Assembly: GCA_965208125.1 (NCBI GenBank)
Contig: OZ242320.1
Location: forward strand, 1,472,001-1,536,000
Source of the DNA: Candidatus Latescibacterota bacterium
GTDB taxonomy: Bacteria; Latescibacterota; UBA2968
Reading direction: 5' to 3'
DNA: 64,000 bases
Shown here: positions 29,706 through 37,425 of the stretch, in pieces
Position numbering within the stretch: position 1 is the first letter of the stretch
How the letters are laid out: the number at the start of each line of letters is the position of its first letter
The notes under the pieces: model-generated
What the model was told of the DNA's origin: nothing
Databases searched by the model: none
Seen by the model: only the letters and a program-made list of their open reading frames with translations
Made by a program: the position numbers and the translations under genes

Positions 29706-30179
29706 ATGAAGTCGCGTGAAAATTTGCTGGATGATGCGCGTCAAAATATTCCGGAAATGACCGTACAGGAAGTAAATGAATATTTGAATAAGGGCAATAA
29801 TCCCGTATTACTCGATGTGCGAGGACTGGATGAATGGGAGCGCGGGCATTTAAAAGGATCAGTACACATACCGCGTGGAGAATTGGAATACCAAGCCGAA
29901 TCGGCAATACCCGACAAATCGCGTGAAGTCATTGTAATCTGTGCAGGCGGCGTGCGATCCCTCCTCGCTGGCGAAACCCTGAAAGCTATGGGATACGAAA
30001 AAGTGATCTCAATGGACGGCGGATACGGAGACTGGGAAGACGCGCACTTGCCGGCTGAAATACCACCGCCACCGGAAGAAACGGGCGCGCCAGAAACCCC
30101 TGAACTGCTCAAAGAGCAAATTGATCACCTTGAAAAAGTATTGGCTCAGAAAAAAACAAAACTGGCTAAAGGCAAGTAA
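29706..30179 (+). CDS. Rhodanese-domain protein
   Basis: LLDVR...GHLKGS, active loop CAGGVRS, Pro-rich linker and coiled-coil-like tail. Confidence 0.88.
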   Translation: MKSRENLLDDARQNIPEMTVQEVNEYLNKGNNPVLLDVRGLDEWERGHLKGSVHIPRGELEYQAESAIPDKSREVIVICAGGVRSLLAGETLKAMGYEKVISMDGGYGDWEDAHLPAEIPPPPEETGAPETPELLKEQIDHLEKVLAQKKTKLAKGK

Positions 30180-30289
30180 GAAGGAAGAAGTGAGAAGGCC
30201 CCGCTCCACCACCCTAAAACTGGTGCCTCATCCTATTTCACACTTCACACTTCACACTTCCTACTTCACACTTCACACTTTTTACACTT
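30175..30289. repeat. Heptamer repeat element (CACTTCA)n with a complementary GA-rich left arm
   Basis: About six copies of cactt(c/t)(a/c/t) at 30241-30289, and gtaagaaggaagaagtgagaagg at about 30176-30198. Confidence 0.8.
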
Positions 30290-30324
30290 GCACAAATATT
30301 GATGCACTTGTATATTTTCCCGCC

Positions 30325-30351
30325 TTAGCACTCAACAGGATGAGTTGCTAA
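30325..30351 (+). promoter_or_regulatory. CIRCE (HrcA operator)-like inverted repeat
   Basis: TTAGCACTC-aacaggat-GAGTTGCTAA upstream of groES. Left arm matches the consensus; right arm is a variant. Confidence 0.85.
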
Positions 30352-30406
30352 TAACATATAACAAGTTAAATTTATTACATTTAACTGTTTTTCAAGGAGG
30401 GTTCTC

Positions 30407-30694
30407 ATGAATGTCCGTCCGCTTTCCGATCGCATTCTGGTGCGACGGGTGGATGCTGATGAGCAGGTAAAGGGGGGCATTATCATCCCCGATACTGCGA
30501 AGGAAACGCCTCAGGAAGCAGAAGTCATTGCCGTTGGGCCGGGCAAACGCAATAAGAACGGTGGCGTGATCGCGCCAGCGGTAAAATCTGGGGAAAAAAT
30601 TTTGATTGGCAAATACGCCGGCACAGAAATTGAAGTTGACGGCGATGAGTACGTAATCGTGAACGAAGACGACGTATTGGGCATTATTCAGTAG
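30407..30694 (+). CDS. groES: Co-chaperonin GroES
   Basis: RPLSDRILV...GGIIIPDTAKE...AVGPGK...KYAGTEI. Confidence 0.97.
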   Translation: MNVRPLSDRILVRRVDADEQVKGGIIIPDTAKETPQEAEVIAVGPGKRNKNGGVIAPAVKSGEKILIGKYAGTEIEVDGDEYVIVNEDDVLGIIQ

Positions 30695-30709
30695 AAGGAG
30701 ATTGGTGTT

Positions 30710-32329
30710 ATGGCAAAGCAGATTGCCTATGGAATAGATGCTCGCGAGCGTATTCTCGACGGTGTAACGCTCTTGAGCAAAGCCGTGAAAGCCACGTTGG
30801 GACCCGCTGGACGAAATGTGGTTGTCGCAAAATCCTGGGGATCCCCCACCGTCACAAAAGACGGCGTGACCGTAGCCAAAGAAATTGAACTCGAAGACGC
30901 TTACGAAAACATGGGTGTGCAAATGGTCAAAGAAGTCGCTTCCAAGACTTCTGACATTGCGGGCGACGGCACAACCACAGCGACAGTACTCGCCGAAGCG
31001 ATTTTCCGTGAAGGATTGCGCAATGTGACCGCCGGAGCCAACCCGATGGACCTCAAGCGCGGTATCGACGCGGCTGTTGCATCCGTAGTCAAAGCATTAG
31101 AGGACCAGAGCCAGCCGGTAAAAGACCGCAACTCAATTGCACAAGTAGGGACAATTTCCGCCAACAGTGACAGCAGCATTGGCGAGATTATAGCCGATGC
31201 AATGGACAAAGTCGGCAAAGACGGCACAATCACGGTCGAAGAGGCCAAGAGCATCGAGACAACACTGGATGTGGTCGAAGGAATGCAGTTTGACCGCGGT
31301 TATCTATCGCCTTATTTTGTGACCGATCAGGAAAACATGGAAGCCGTACTGGAAGACGCGCTGATTCTTATTCACGAGGCGAAGTTGTCAAACATGAACG
31401 ACTTATTGCCTCTCCTCGAAAAAGTTGCCGGTGCCGGCAAGCCGCTTCTGGTAATCGCCGAAGACGTAGAAGGTGAAGCCCTCGCCACTTTTGTCGTCAA
31501 CAAAGTGCGCGGTACCCTCGCTGCCTGTGCTGTAAAAGCACCGGGATATGGCGATCGTCGCAAAGAAATGCTGGGTGATATCGCCGTGCTAACAGGTGGG
31601 CGCGTGATAACGGAAGACCTCGGCATCAAGCTCGAAAACGTCGAGATTAGCGACCTCGGGCAGGCCAAGCGCGTGGTAATCGACAAAGACAATAGCACAA
31701 TCGTAGAAGGCGTGGGATCTATAGCCGATATCCAGGGCAGAACGAGTCAGATCCGTCGGCAGATTGAAGAGACCACCTCTGACTACGATCGCGAAAAACT
31801 CGAAGAGCGATTGGCAAAATTGGCCGGTGGTGTGGCCGTCATCAACGTCGGTGCGGCAACCGAAACAGAAATGAAAGAAAAGAAAGCCCGCGTCGAAGAC
31901 GCACTCCACTCCGTGCGCGCTGCAGTTGAAGAAGGCATCGTACCCGGCGGTGGAGTCGCCCTCCTGCGCAGCCTTGGCGCATTAGACGAAACGGATGTGC
32001 ATGGCGACCAGAGCACAGGCGTGGATATCGTGCGTCGCGCACTGCAAGCCCCGCTGCGTCAGATCGCCGATAATGCCGGTATAGAAGGCAGCCTTGTCGT
32101 GCAAAAAGTAAACGAAGGCGAAGGCGCTTATGGATTTAATGCACGCACCGAGCAATATGAAGACCTGGTAGATTCCGGTGTGATTGATCCCACAAAAGTG
32201 GTGCGCACTGCAATGGAAAATGCAGCGTCCATCGCGGGATTGTTATTGACAACCGAAGCCCTGGTCACAGATATGCCAGAAGAAAATCAGGGTGCTGCAC
32301 ACGTCGATGATCACGGACACATGCACTAA
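30710..32329 (+). CDS. groEL: Chaperonin GroEL (His-rich C-terminus)
   Basis: [42 protein letters not shown]; ends HVDDHGHMH. Confidence 0.98.
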   Translation: MAKQIAYGIDARERILDGVTLLSKAVKATLGPAGRNVVVAKSWGSPTVTKDGVTVAKEIELEDAYENMGVQMVKEVASKTSDIAGDGTTTATVLAEAIFREGLRNVTAGANPMDLKRGIDAAVASVVKALEDQSQPVKDRNSIAQVGTISANSDSSIGEIIADAMDKVGKDGTITVEEAKSIETTLDVVEGMQFDRGYLSPYFVTDQENMEAVLEDALILIHEAKLSNMNDLLPLLEKVAGAGKPLLVIAEDVEGEALATFVVNKVRGTLAACAVKAPGYGDRRKEMLGDIAVLTGGRVITEDLGIKLENVEISDLGQAKRVVIDKDNSTIVEGVGSIADIQGRTSQIRRQIEETTSDYDREKLEERLAKLAGGVAVINVGAATETEMKEKKARVEDALHSVRAAVEEGIVPGGGVALLRSLGALDETDVHGDQSTGVDIVRRALQAPLRQIADNAGIEGSLVVQKVNEGEGAYGFNARTEQYEDLVDSGVIDPTKVVRTAMENAASIAGLLLTTEALVTDMPEENQGAAHVDDHGHMH

Positions 32330-32358
32330 ATCGGACTGTCGAAATATGCTCGACCTCC

Positions 32359-32391
32359 AAAAAGGGCTGACCGCTGGTCAGCCCTTTTTTT
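32359..32391 (+). terminator. Intrinsic terminator after groEL
   Basis: AAAAAGGGCTGACC-gct-GGTCAGCCCTTTTTTT. Confidence 0.9.
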
Positions 32392-32478
32392 GTGTGTTTG
32401 GTTGAATTTGTGGGCAGTTTTATCTATATTATCAAAGACTTAAACCAAATTTGAGCTAACCATTTGCGAAAGGAAATT

Positions 32479-33651
32479 ATGGCAAAAGCGAAAACACAGG
32501 CTGAAGAACCTCGGGAAACTGAAGGCGCGACATCCACAGCAAAAAAAGCAAAACGTCCGTCAAAAAAGCAGGCAACAAAAAAAACAGCCAAAAAGCCAGC
32601 TAAGAAAACGAACACCAGATCTTCTACACCGCGTGTATCGAAAAAGCGGTCGTCCAAAAAGCCTGCGAAAAAGCAACCATCCAAAAAAACAGCGAAAAAG
32701 CAATCCGCCAAAAAGCCTGTGCAAAAAGCCAAAAAGCCTGCAAAAAAGGCCAGGAAACCAGCGCAGCAAGCCAAGAAGTCTGGAAAAAAGGCTGAAATGC
32801 CTGCCGCACAGGAAGAGCGCACGGTAATTTCATCGCCGCCATCCAGACGGCGTAGAGAAAAGGAAAAGGTCGAAGCAAAAACTTCTGTTGATCAAAATCA
32901 ACAAGCTGGAGACGCCGCGCAAACACAAACGCCCCAGGATGTGCAACCAGAAGAAATGCAATGGGGGCGTCGAACAAGGCGGTCTGCACCAATTGGCTGG
33001 GAAGATCGCGCCGGTGTAAGCACACCTGCTCAACCCACGCGACGGCAGGACGCGACGGCAGAGAACCAACCCGTTGAAGCACCTGCAGAACCAGAAGCAC
33101 CACCACAAGCGCGAACCGAAACACCTCCTCAGGCCCAGCGGGAAGAACCAAAAAAAGAAGACACGCGCAAGAGGTCTCGCCCGCCTAAAGGACGCAATCA
33201 GAGCAATCAGAACAAACAGCAGCCTTCAAAACGCACAAGCGATCGCAGTCGCAGCCAGAAACCCGATCAACCATCGAACAAATTGACACAAATTCTGGCG
33301 CAATCGTGGACCGAAGACAAAACGCGGCAATTTATCAGCGAAGGCTTTCTCGGCAGTTTATCGCCCGAAATGGTCAATAATGGAAATAGCGAATCCATCC
33401 CGGACGCCGAGAGACTCAAGAAGCCCCTGGAAATGATCCGCAAAGTTCTGGCCGATGAGTGTATGGTTGCCGACGATGTCACAGATTTGATGTTGCTCGA
33501 CGTGGTGATGAATGCCCTGTCAGACCGCATTGACGTGTGCCGACTACAGGCCGAGTCCAACGCACTGGCGGATATAGACGCGATCTTAGAATTGCGCTAC
33601 AAAGCCGACCGGCGATTGATAGAAGCGGTAAATGCCTTGAAGAATGCATGA
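32479..33651 (+). CDS. Hypothetical protein with histone H1-like Lys/Ala/Pro-rich N-terminus
   Basis: KKPAKK-like repeats, long low-complexity linker, about 120-aa helical C-terminal domain. AAGGA RBS. Confidence 0.75.
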   Translation: MAKAKTQAEEPRETEGATSTAKKAKRPSKKQATKKTAKKPAKKTNTRSSTPRVSKKRSSKKPAKKQPSKKTAKKQSAKKPVQKAKKPAKKARKPAQQAKKSGKKAEMPAAQEERTVISSPPSRRRREKEKVEAKTSVDQNQQAGDAAQTQTPQDVQPEEMQWGRRTRRSAPIGWEDRAGVSTPAQPTRRQDATAENQPVEAPAEPEAPPQARTETPPQAQREEPKKEDTRKRSRPPKGRNQSNQNKQQPSKRTSDRSRSQKPDQPSNKLTQILAQSWTEDKTRQFISEGFLGSLSPEMVNNGNSESIPDAERLKKPLEMIRKVLADECMVADDVTDLMLLDVVMNALSDRIDVCRLQAESNALADIDAILELRYKADRRLIEAVNALKNA

Positions 33652-33670
33652 GATATACCCGCCAATATCG

Positions 33671-33705
33671 AAAGCCCCGTCTGACAAAGGTCAAACGGGG
33701 CTTTT
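33671..33705. terminator. Probable bidirectional terminator
   Basis: AAAGCCCCGT.TGAC / GTCA.ACGGGGCTTTT between convergent genes. Confidence 0.75.
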
Positions 33706-33716
33706 ACTTTTTTTTA

Positions 33717-35705
33717 TCACGCCCAACCGTGTACCCCGTGACCCCCACCGGGAAACCAGATCAAATCGACAACAAACGAAACGAGTACCCCCGTCGCCCT
33801 CCCCGCAATAATCCCGAAAAAGAGTGGACGGTATTTCTCGTACAGGGACACACCGCCTACCCGGATCACAATAGCTTTGAACAACCAGACAATAATAAGC
33901 GACGTAATCTCGTGGAGAATACTCGTCGTAGTAATAATAAAACCCACGGGATGGATGGGCCACCAGGGTAGGCGATACCGAAGCGCCGTGAGAATCGCAA
34001 AAATGAGACCCCCAAAGCCGAACAGCACCATCCGCTCCCATGAAGCTGGCTCAGGCGATTTGATCTTCGTGACAATCGCATCGTAAAGACGGGGCGCGTA
34101 CCGGGTAAACGGATACTCCGTAAAATTATACGCTCCGTGTGTATAGCCCAGATAGAGCACCATCGAAATATTGACCACCAGCGCACCGACCAACCCCAAA
34201 ATCAACACCCAGAAAAGCGCGCGTTTATTCCCTGGCACGCGATCAAAAACCTTGGCATTCTGTGACAGAGCCGGCATAAACAGCATCCAGCGCAGCGCAT
34301 GAGCCGTAGAACCCACGGCAATCGTCCTCGGATCAATCGTAACCGTACCGATCAATTGAAAACCCATATCCAGAGGCGTCGTGGGAATACCCAGATACAG
34401 CGTGCCCGACTCACATACAAAACGGGCAAGCGCGATATAAATAACAATCGCCGCCGGTATCGTAATCAACAAAAGTCCCGGCGCAACCCCCGCCTTCAAA
34501 AGCCACGCCACGATATAGGCAACGCCGACAATCAGACCGATCACAGCGGTGCGATAGGAAAGAAGCTCTCCCGCATCATCTACATCGGGATCGTCATTCC
34601 ACGCCTTCCGAAAAACCGCCTTCAAATGCCGCCGCGCTGTCCACAGCCCCCATGCCACAAACACAAAAAGCGCGCCCATACACTGCCACTGCACCAGGGG
34701 ATCGCCCCATCCGCCGCCCTTCTGGTGCATCCGCCCAAACTGAAAGCCCGTCTTCCGAATAAGCGCAATCTCGCCCATCAGCAAAAAGTGGAAAAACCAT
34801 ATCGAAAAAAGAATTTCCAGATTCACAAAATATCCAAAACCAATCGTATAAGTATTAATATGCGTCAACAGCGGCGGAAAAAGGCGTGCAAAATAAAAAA
34901 GCCCCGCATTCGGACTCATGCTAATGCGGGGAACCGTCGTATAAAAATAAGTAATAATATTCCACCCAATAATCCCAAACGCCAGCCCAAAACCAATCCA
35001 AAAGAGATATCCCCGAAACAGGACCGGCCAGCCACTTCGCCCCGAAGAATCGCGTGCCTCGGCAACCATCTCGAGAATCGGTGCGAGCAAAGGATAATCC
35101 AGACGCTCGCTCTCAACCCATTGCTTGCGAAGAATAACCACCAGACAAAAACACACCACAAACCCGGCCAAAATCAGCGTAACCCACCAGAAAATCGGAC
35201 CAATCCAGACCTCCCACGGAATGGACACGCCAGATGGCAGACCCTCGTACAAAAACGTCGTCTGCTGGTGATCATTAGACGGAAAAAGATACGGCGGAAG
35301 AAAGGGCTGAACATTGTCAATCCACCCGTTCTCCGGCGTAGCCAGATAATAAGGCGCGGCCATCAGCCCCAGCCAGACACCGGTCAACCCGCGCGCGGGA
35401 ATAATCGCACCAATCAGGCCCATCGCAAAAATAACAGCCAATTCTCGAGAAGCCAGACCCTGTTTGTCGAACCGAATCTTCAGAAGCGTATTGACAATAA
35501 AAACGCACAGAAAAATCGCAAAAATAGAAACGGGAAGATGGGTAATATTAACCGCAGAAGTATTTGCAGCCGTGCGAGAATACGTCACCCATGCACTGGC
35601 CAAACATGAAATCAGAAGCCCCAACGCGACACTGCGAGGCGTAATGCGCGCCGCTCTTCTTTGGGCATCTTCAGATGTGGGAGACAGGGATTCGGGAAGG
35701 GCCAT
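33717..35705 (-). CDS. DUF6785/DUF6784-type polytopic membrane protein (putative transporter)
   Basis: Many TM helices; YYLATPENGW, LRKQWVESERLDYP, SYRTAV, WWPIHPVG motifs. Paralogue at 62202. Confidence 0.75.
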   Translation of the reverse strand: MALPESLSPTSEDAQRRAARITPRSVALGLLISCLASAWVTYSRTAANTSAVNITHLPVSIFAIFLCVFIVNTLLKIRFDKQGLASRELAVIFAMGLIGAIIPARGLTGVWLGLMAAPYYLATPENGWIDNVQPFLPPYLFPSNDHQQTTFLYEGLPSGVSIPWEVWIGPIFWWVTLILAGFVVCFCLVVILRKQWVESERLDYPLLAPILEMVAEARDSSGRSGWPVLFRGYLFWIGFGLAFGIIGWNIITYFYTTVPRISMSPNAGLFYFARLFPPLLTHINTYTIGFGYFVNLEILFSIWFFHFLLMGEIALIRKTGFQFGRMHQKGGGWGDPLVQWQCMGALFVFVAWGLWTARRHLKAVFRKAWNDDPDVDDAGELLSYRTAVIGLIVGVAYIVAWLLKAGVAPGLLLITIPAAIVIYIALARFVCESGTLYLGIPTTPLDMGFQLIGTVTIDPRTIAVGSTAHALRWMLFMPALSQNAKVFDRVPGNKRALFWVLILGLVGALVVNISMVLYLGYTHGAYNFTEYPFTRYAPRLYDAIVTKIKSPEPASWERMVLFGFGGLIFAILTALRYRLPWWPIHPVGFIITTTSILHEITSLIIVWLFKAIVIRVGGVSLYEKYRPLFFGIIAGRATGVLVSFVVDLIWFPGGGHGVHGWA

Positions 35706-35854
35706 AGTGTTTTCGAGGAATGGGCTTTTGAAGCAACCCCAAATTTTCTTGTATTTAAAAATTTGTCATGTAATTTTGCGATTAAACAACGCTAATATAG
35801 TCACACAGAGCGGCGATAAGCCACAAAAATTTAATACAATAACGGGCAAACCTT

Positions 35855-35886
35855 CTGGATCGCGGCTAAAACCATGCCGCGATGAC
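35855..35886 (-). repeat. GTCAT-type REP-like palindrome
   Basis: Reverse complement reads GTCATCGCGGC-atggtttta-GCCGCGATCCAG; only one copy seen. Confidence 0.5.
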
Positions 35887-35917
35887 GGCTTTATTGATAT
35901 CGTTGGAACATCTCTAT

Positions 35918-37414
35918 ATGACTCACAAATTGAAATCTCTGATCTGCATACTACTGGTATTCATCGCGAGACCCCTGCATGCGAGTCCGCCGCCTGTACT
36001 CGCCGATTACAACGCGGAAATAAGAGGAAGCGACGGACGCGTAGATATCCCCGTACTCATACGCCGCTTGACTGAACTGCGCGTCAACGCGTACTTCTTT
36101 CTCATCTGGCACAGAGAAACCGATTGGGAAGACCTGAAACTATTTTTGCCCGCAGCGCAAAACGCGGGCATCGACACCTGGGTCTATCTCGTACCGCCTA
36201 CAGAAAGCCCGCCGATATACGGCACGCGATACTCCGAACCATTTCGTCTAAATTACATACGCTGGGCAGAAGAAATCGCGCTATTATCACTCGCCCATCC
36301 CAACTTAAAAGCATTTGTAATCGACGACTTCTGGGCCAACCGCAACCTATATACCCCTGCCTATGTATCCACCATGCGCCAAACAGCGCGGGCCATCAAC
36401 CCCGACATGGAATTCTGGCCCCTGATGTATTACCCCGAAATGGACCGGGCATTTGTCGCGGACTATAGGAACGCAATCGACGGCGTAGTCGCTGCCTATC
36501 CCAAAACCGCGCAAACCGTACAAAGGACATGGCAATTACTCAACGACCGGAGAGACACACCCGCAAGATGGCAATTCTCCTATCCCGCATACAACCGCTC
36601 GGCAATAGGCGACGCCGCAAGTCTCCAGAGGCAATTTCGCGTACTGCCCAACGCCGAGCACTATACACTTCGATTGACGCAACAAGACAGCTATGAAGGA
36701 CCAACAGCGGGCTACCATTTCAAGCAACTGCTCATAGATGACCAGATCGCGTGGGAAGAAGACGTAGCTGGCGGCGAAAAAGCCTGGCAAACAGAAGAAT
36801 TAAACCTCGCCCCATTGGTGAACCAAAAGTCACATATAACCCTGACCATCCGCGTATATGACCGCAAGCGCGTATCCAACTTTCCCGTAATCGTAGAAAT
36901 ACAGGAACCCGTTGTAGAGGGCCTCGTCGCCGAAGAAAACTGGCAACAAACAGTTAAAGGACGCTGGACCGTGAACTTTGAACCTGCCTATCAGGGTGCG
37001 GGCAGGTACCACATACCACTGATCGTCATGATAGCGGCAACCCGATACCAATTTGTAAAACGGAACGGCGAACCCGGCACAGCCGAGCGCATCCGCGACA
37101 AAGTGAAAATGGCACTGGTACAAAGGCGGCAAGGCTTCTGCGAAGGCGTCGTAACCTACGCCCTGCCCAAAGCGCCCGACGACGAAATCTTCAAAACTAT
37201 CCGACGACTTTTTCTCAAAGCCAGCACCTCCCGCAGCGCAGACTTTGACGGCAACGGAAAAATAGGTTTCGAAGACTTTCTCCTATTCGCCAACGCCTAC
37301 GGAAAAATCGTAGGCGAATACGCGACTGTATTCGCCCCCTTTGACCTGGACCTGGACGGAAAAGTGGGATTTGGCGACTTCTTGATCTTCGTGCAAGCCT
37401 TTGAAACCCCATAA
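35918..37414 (+). CDS. Secreted putative glycoside-hydrolase-like protein with C-terminal paired EF-hand/dockerin-like motif
   Basis: Signal peptide, WVYLVPPTE and FVIDDF barrel-like motifs, tail DFDGNGKIGFEDFLLF...DLDLDGKVGFGDFLIF. Confidence 0.6.
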   Translation: MTHKLKSLICILLVFIARPLHASPPPVLADYNAEIRGSDGRVDIPVLIRRLTELRVNAYFFLIWHRETDWEDLKLFLPAAQNAGIDTWVYLVPPTESPPIYGTRYSEPFRLNYIRWAEEIALLSLAHPNLKAFVIDDFWANRNLYTPAYVSTMRQTARAINPDMEFWPLMYYPEMDRAFVADYRNAIDGVVAAYPKTAQTVQRTWQLLNDRRDTPARWQFSYPAYNRSAIGDAASLQRQFRVLPNAEHYTLRLTQQDSYEGPTAGYHFKQLLIDDQIAWEEDVAGGEKAWQTEELNLAPLVNQKSHITLTIRVYDRKRVSNFPVIVEIQEPVVEGLVAEENWQQTVKGRWTVNFEPAYQGAGRYHIPLIVMIAATRYQFVKRNGEPGTAERIRDKVKMALVQRRQGFCEGVVTYALPKAPDDEIFKTIRRLFLKASTSRSADFDGNGKIGFEDFLLFANAYGKIVGEYATVFAPFDLDLDGKVGFGDFLIFVQAFETP

Positions 37415-37425
37415 GGAGCATCGCG

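Noticed and set aside
34299-35609. 436-aa + strand ORF antisense to the DUF6785-type gene
   Set aside because: N/K/Q/R-rich shadow of a hydrophobic, G/T-rich coding strand.
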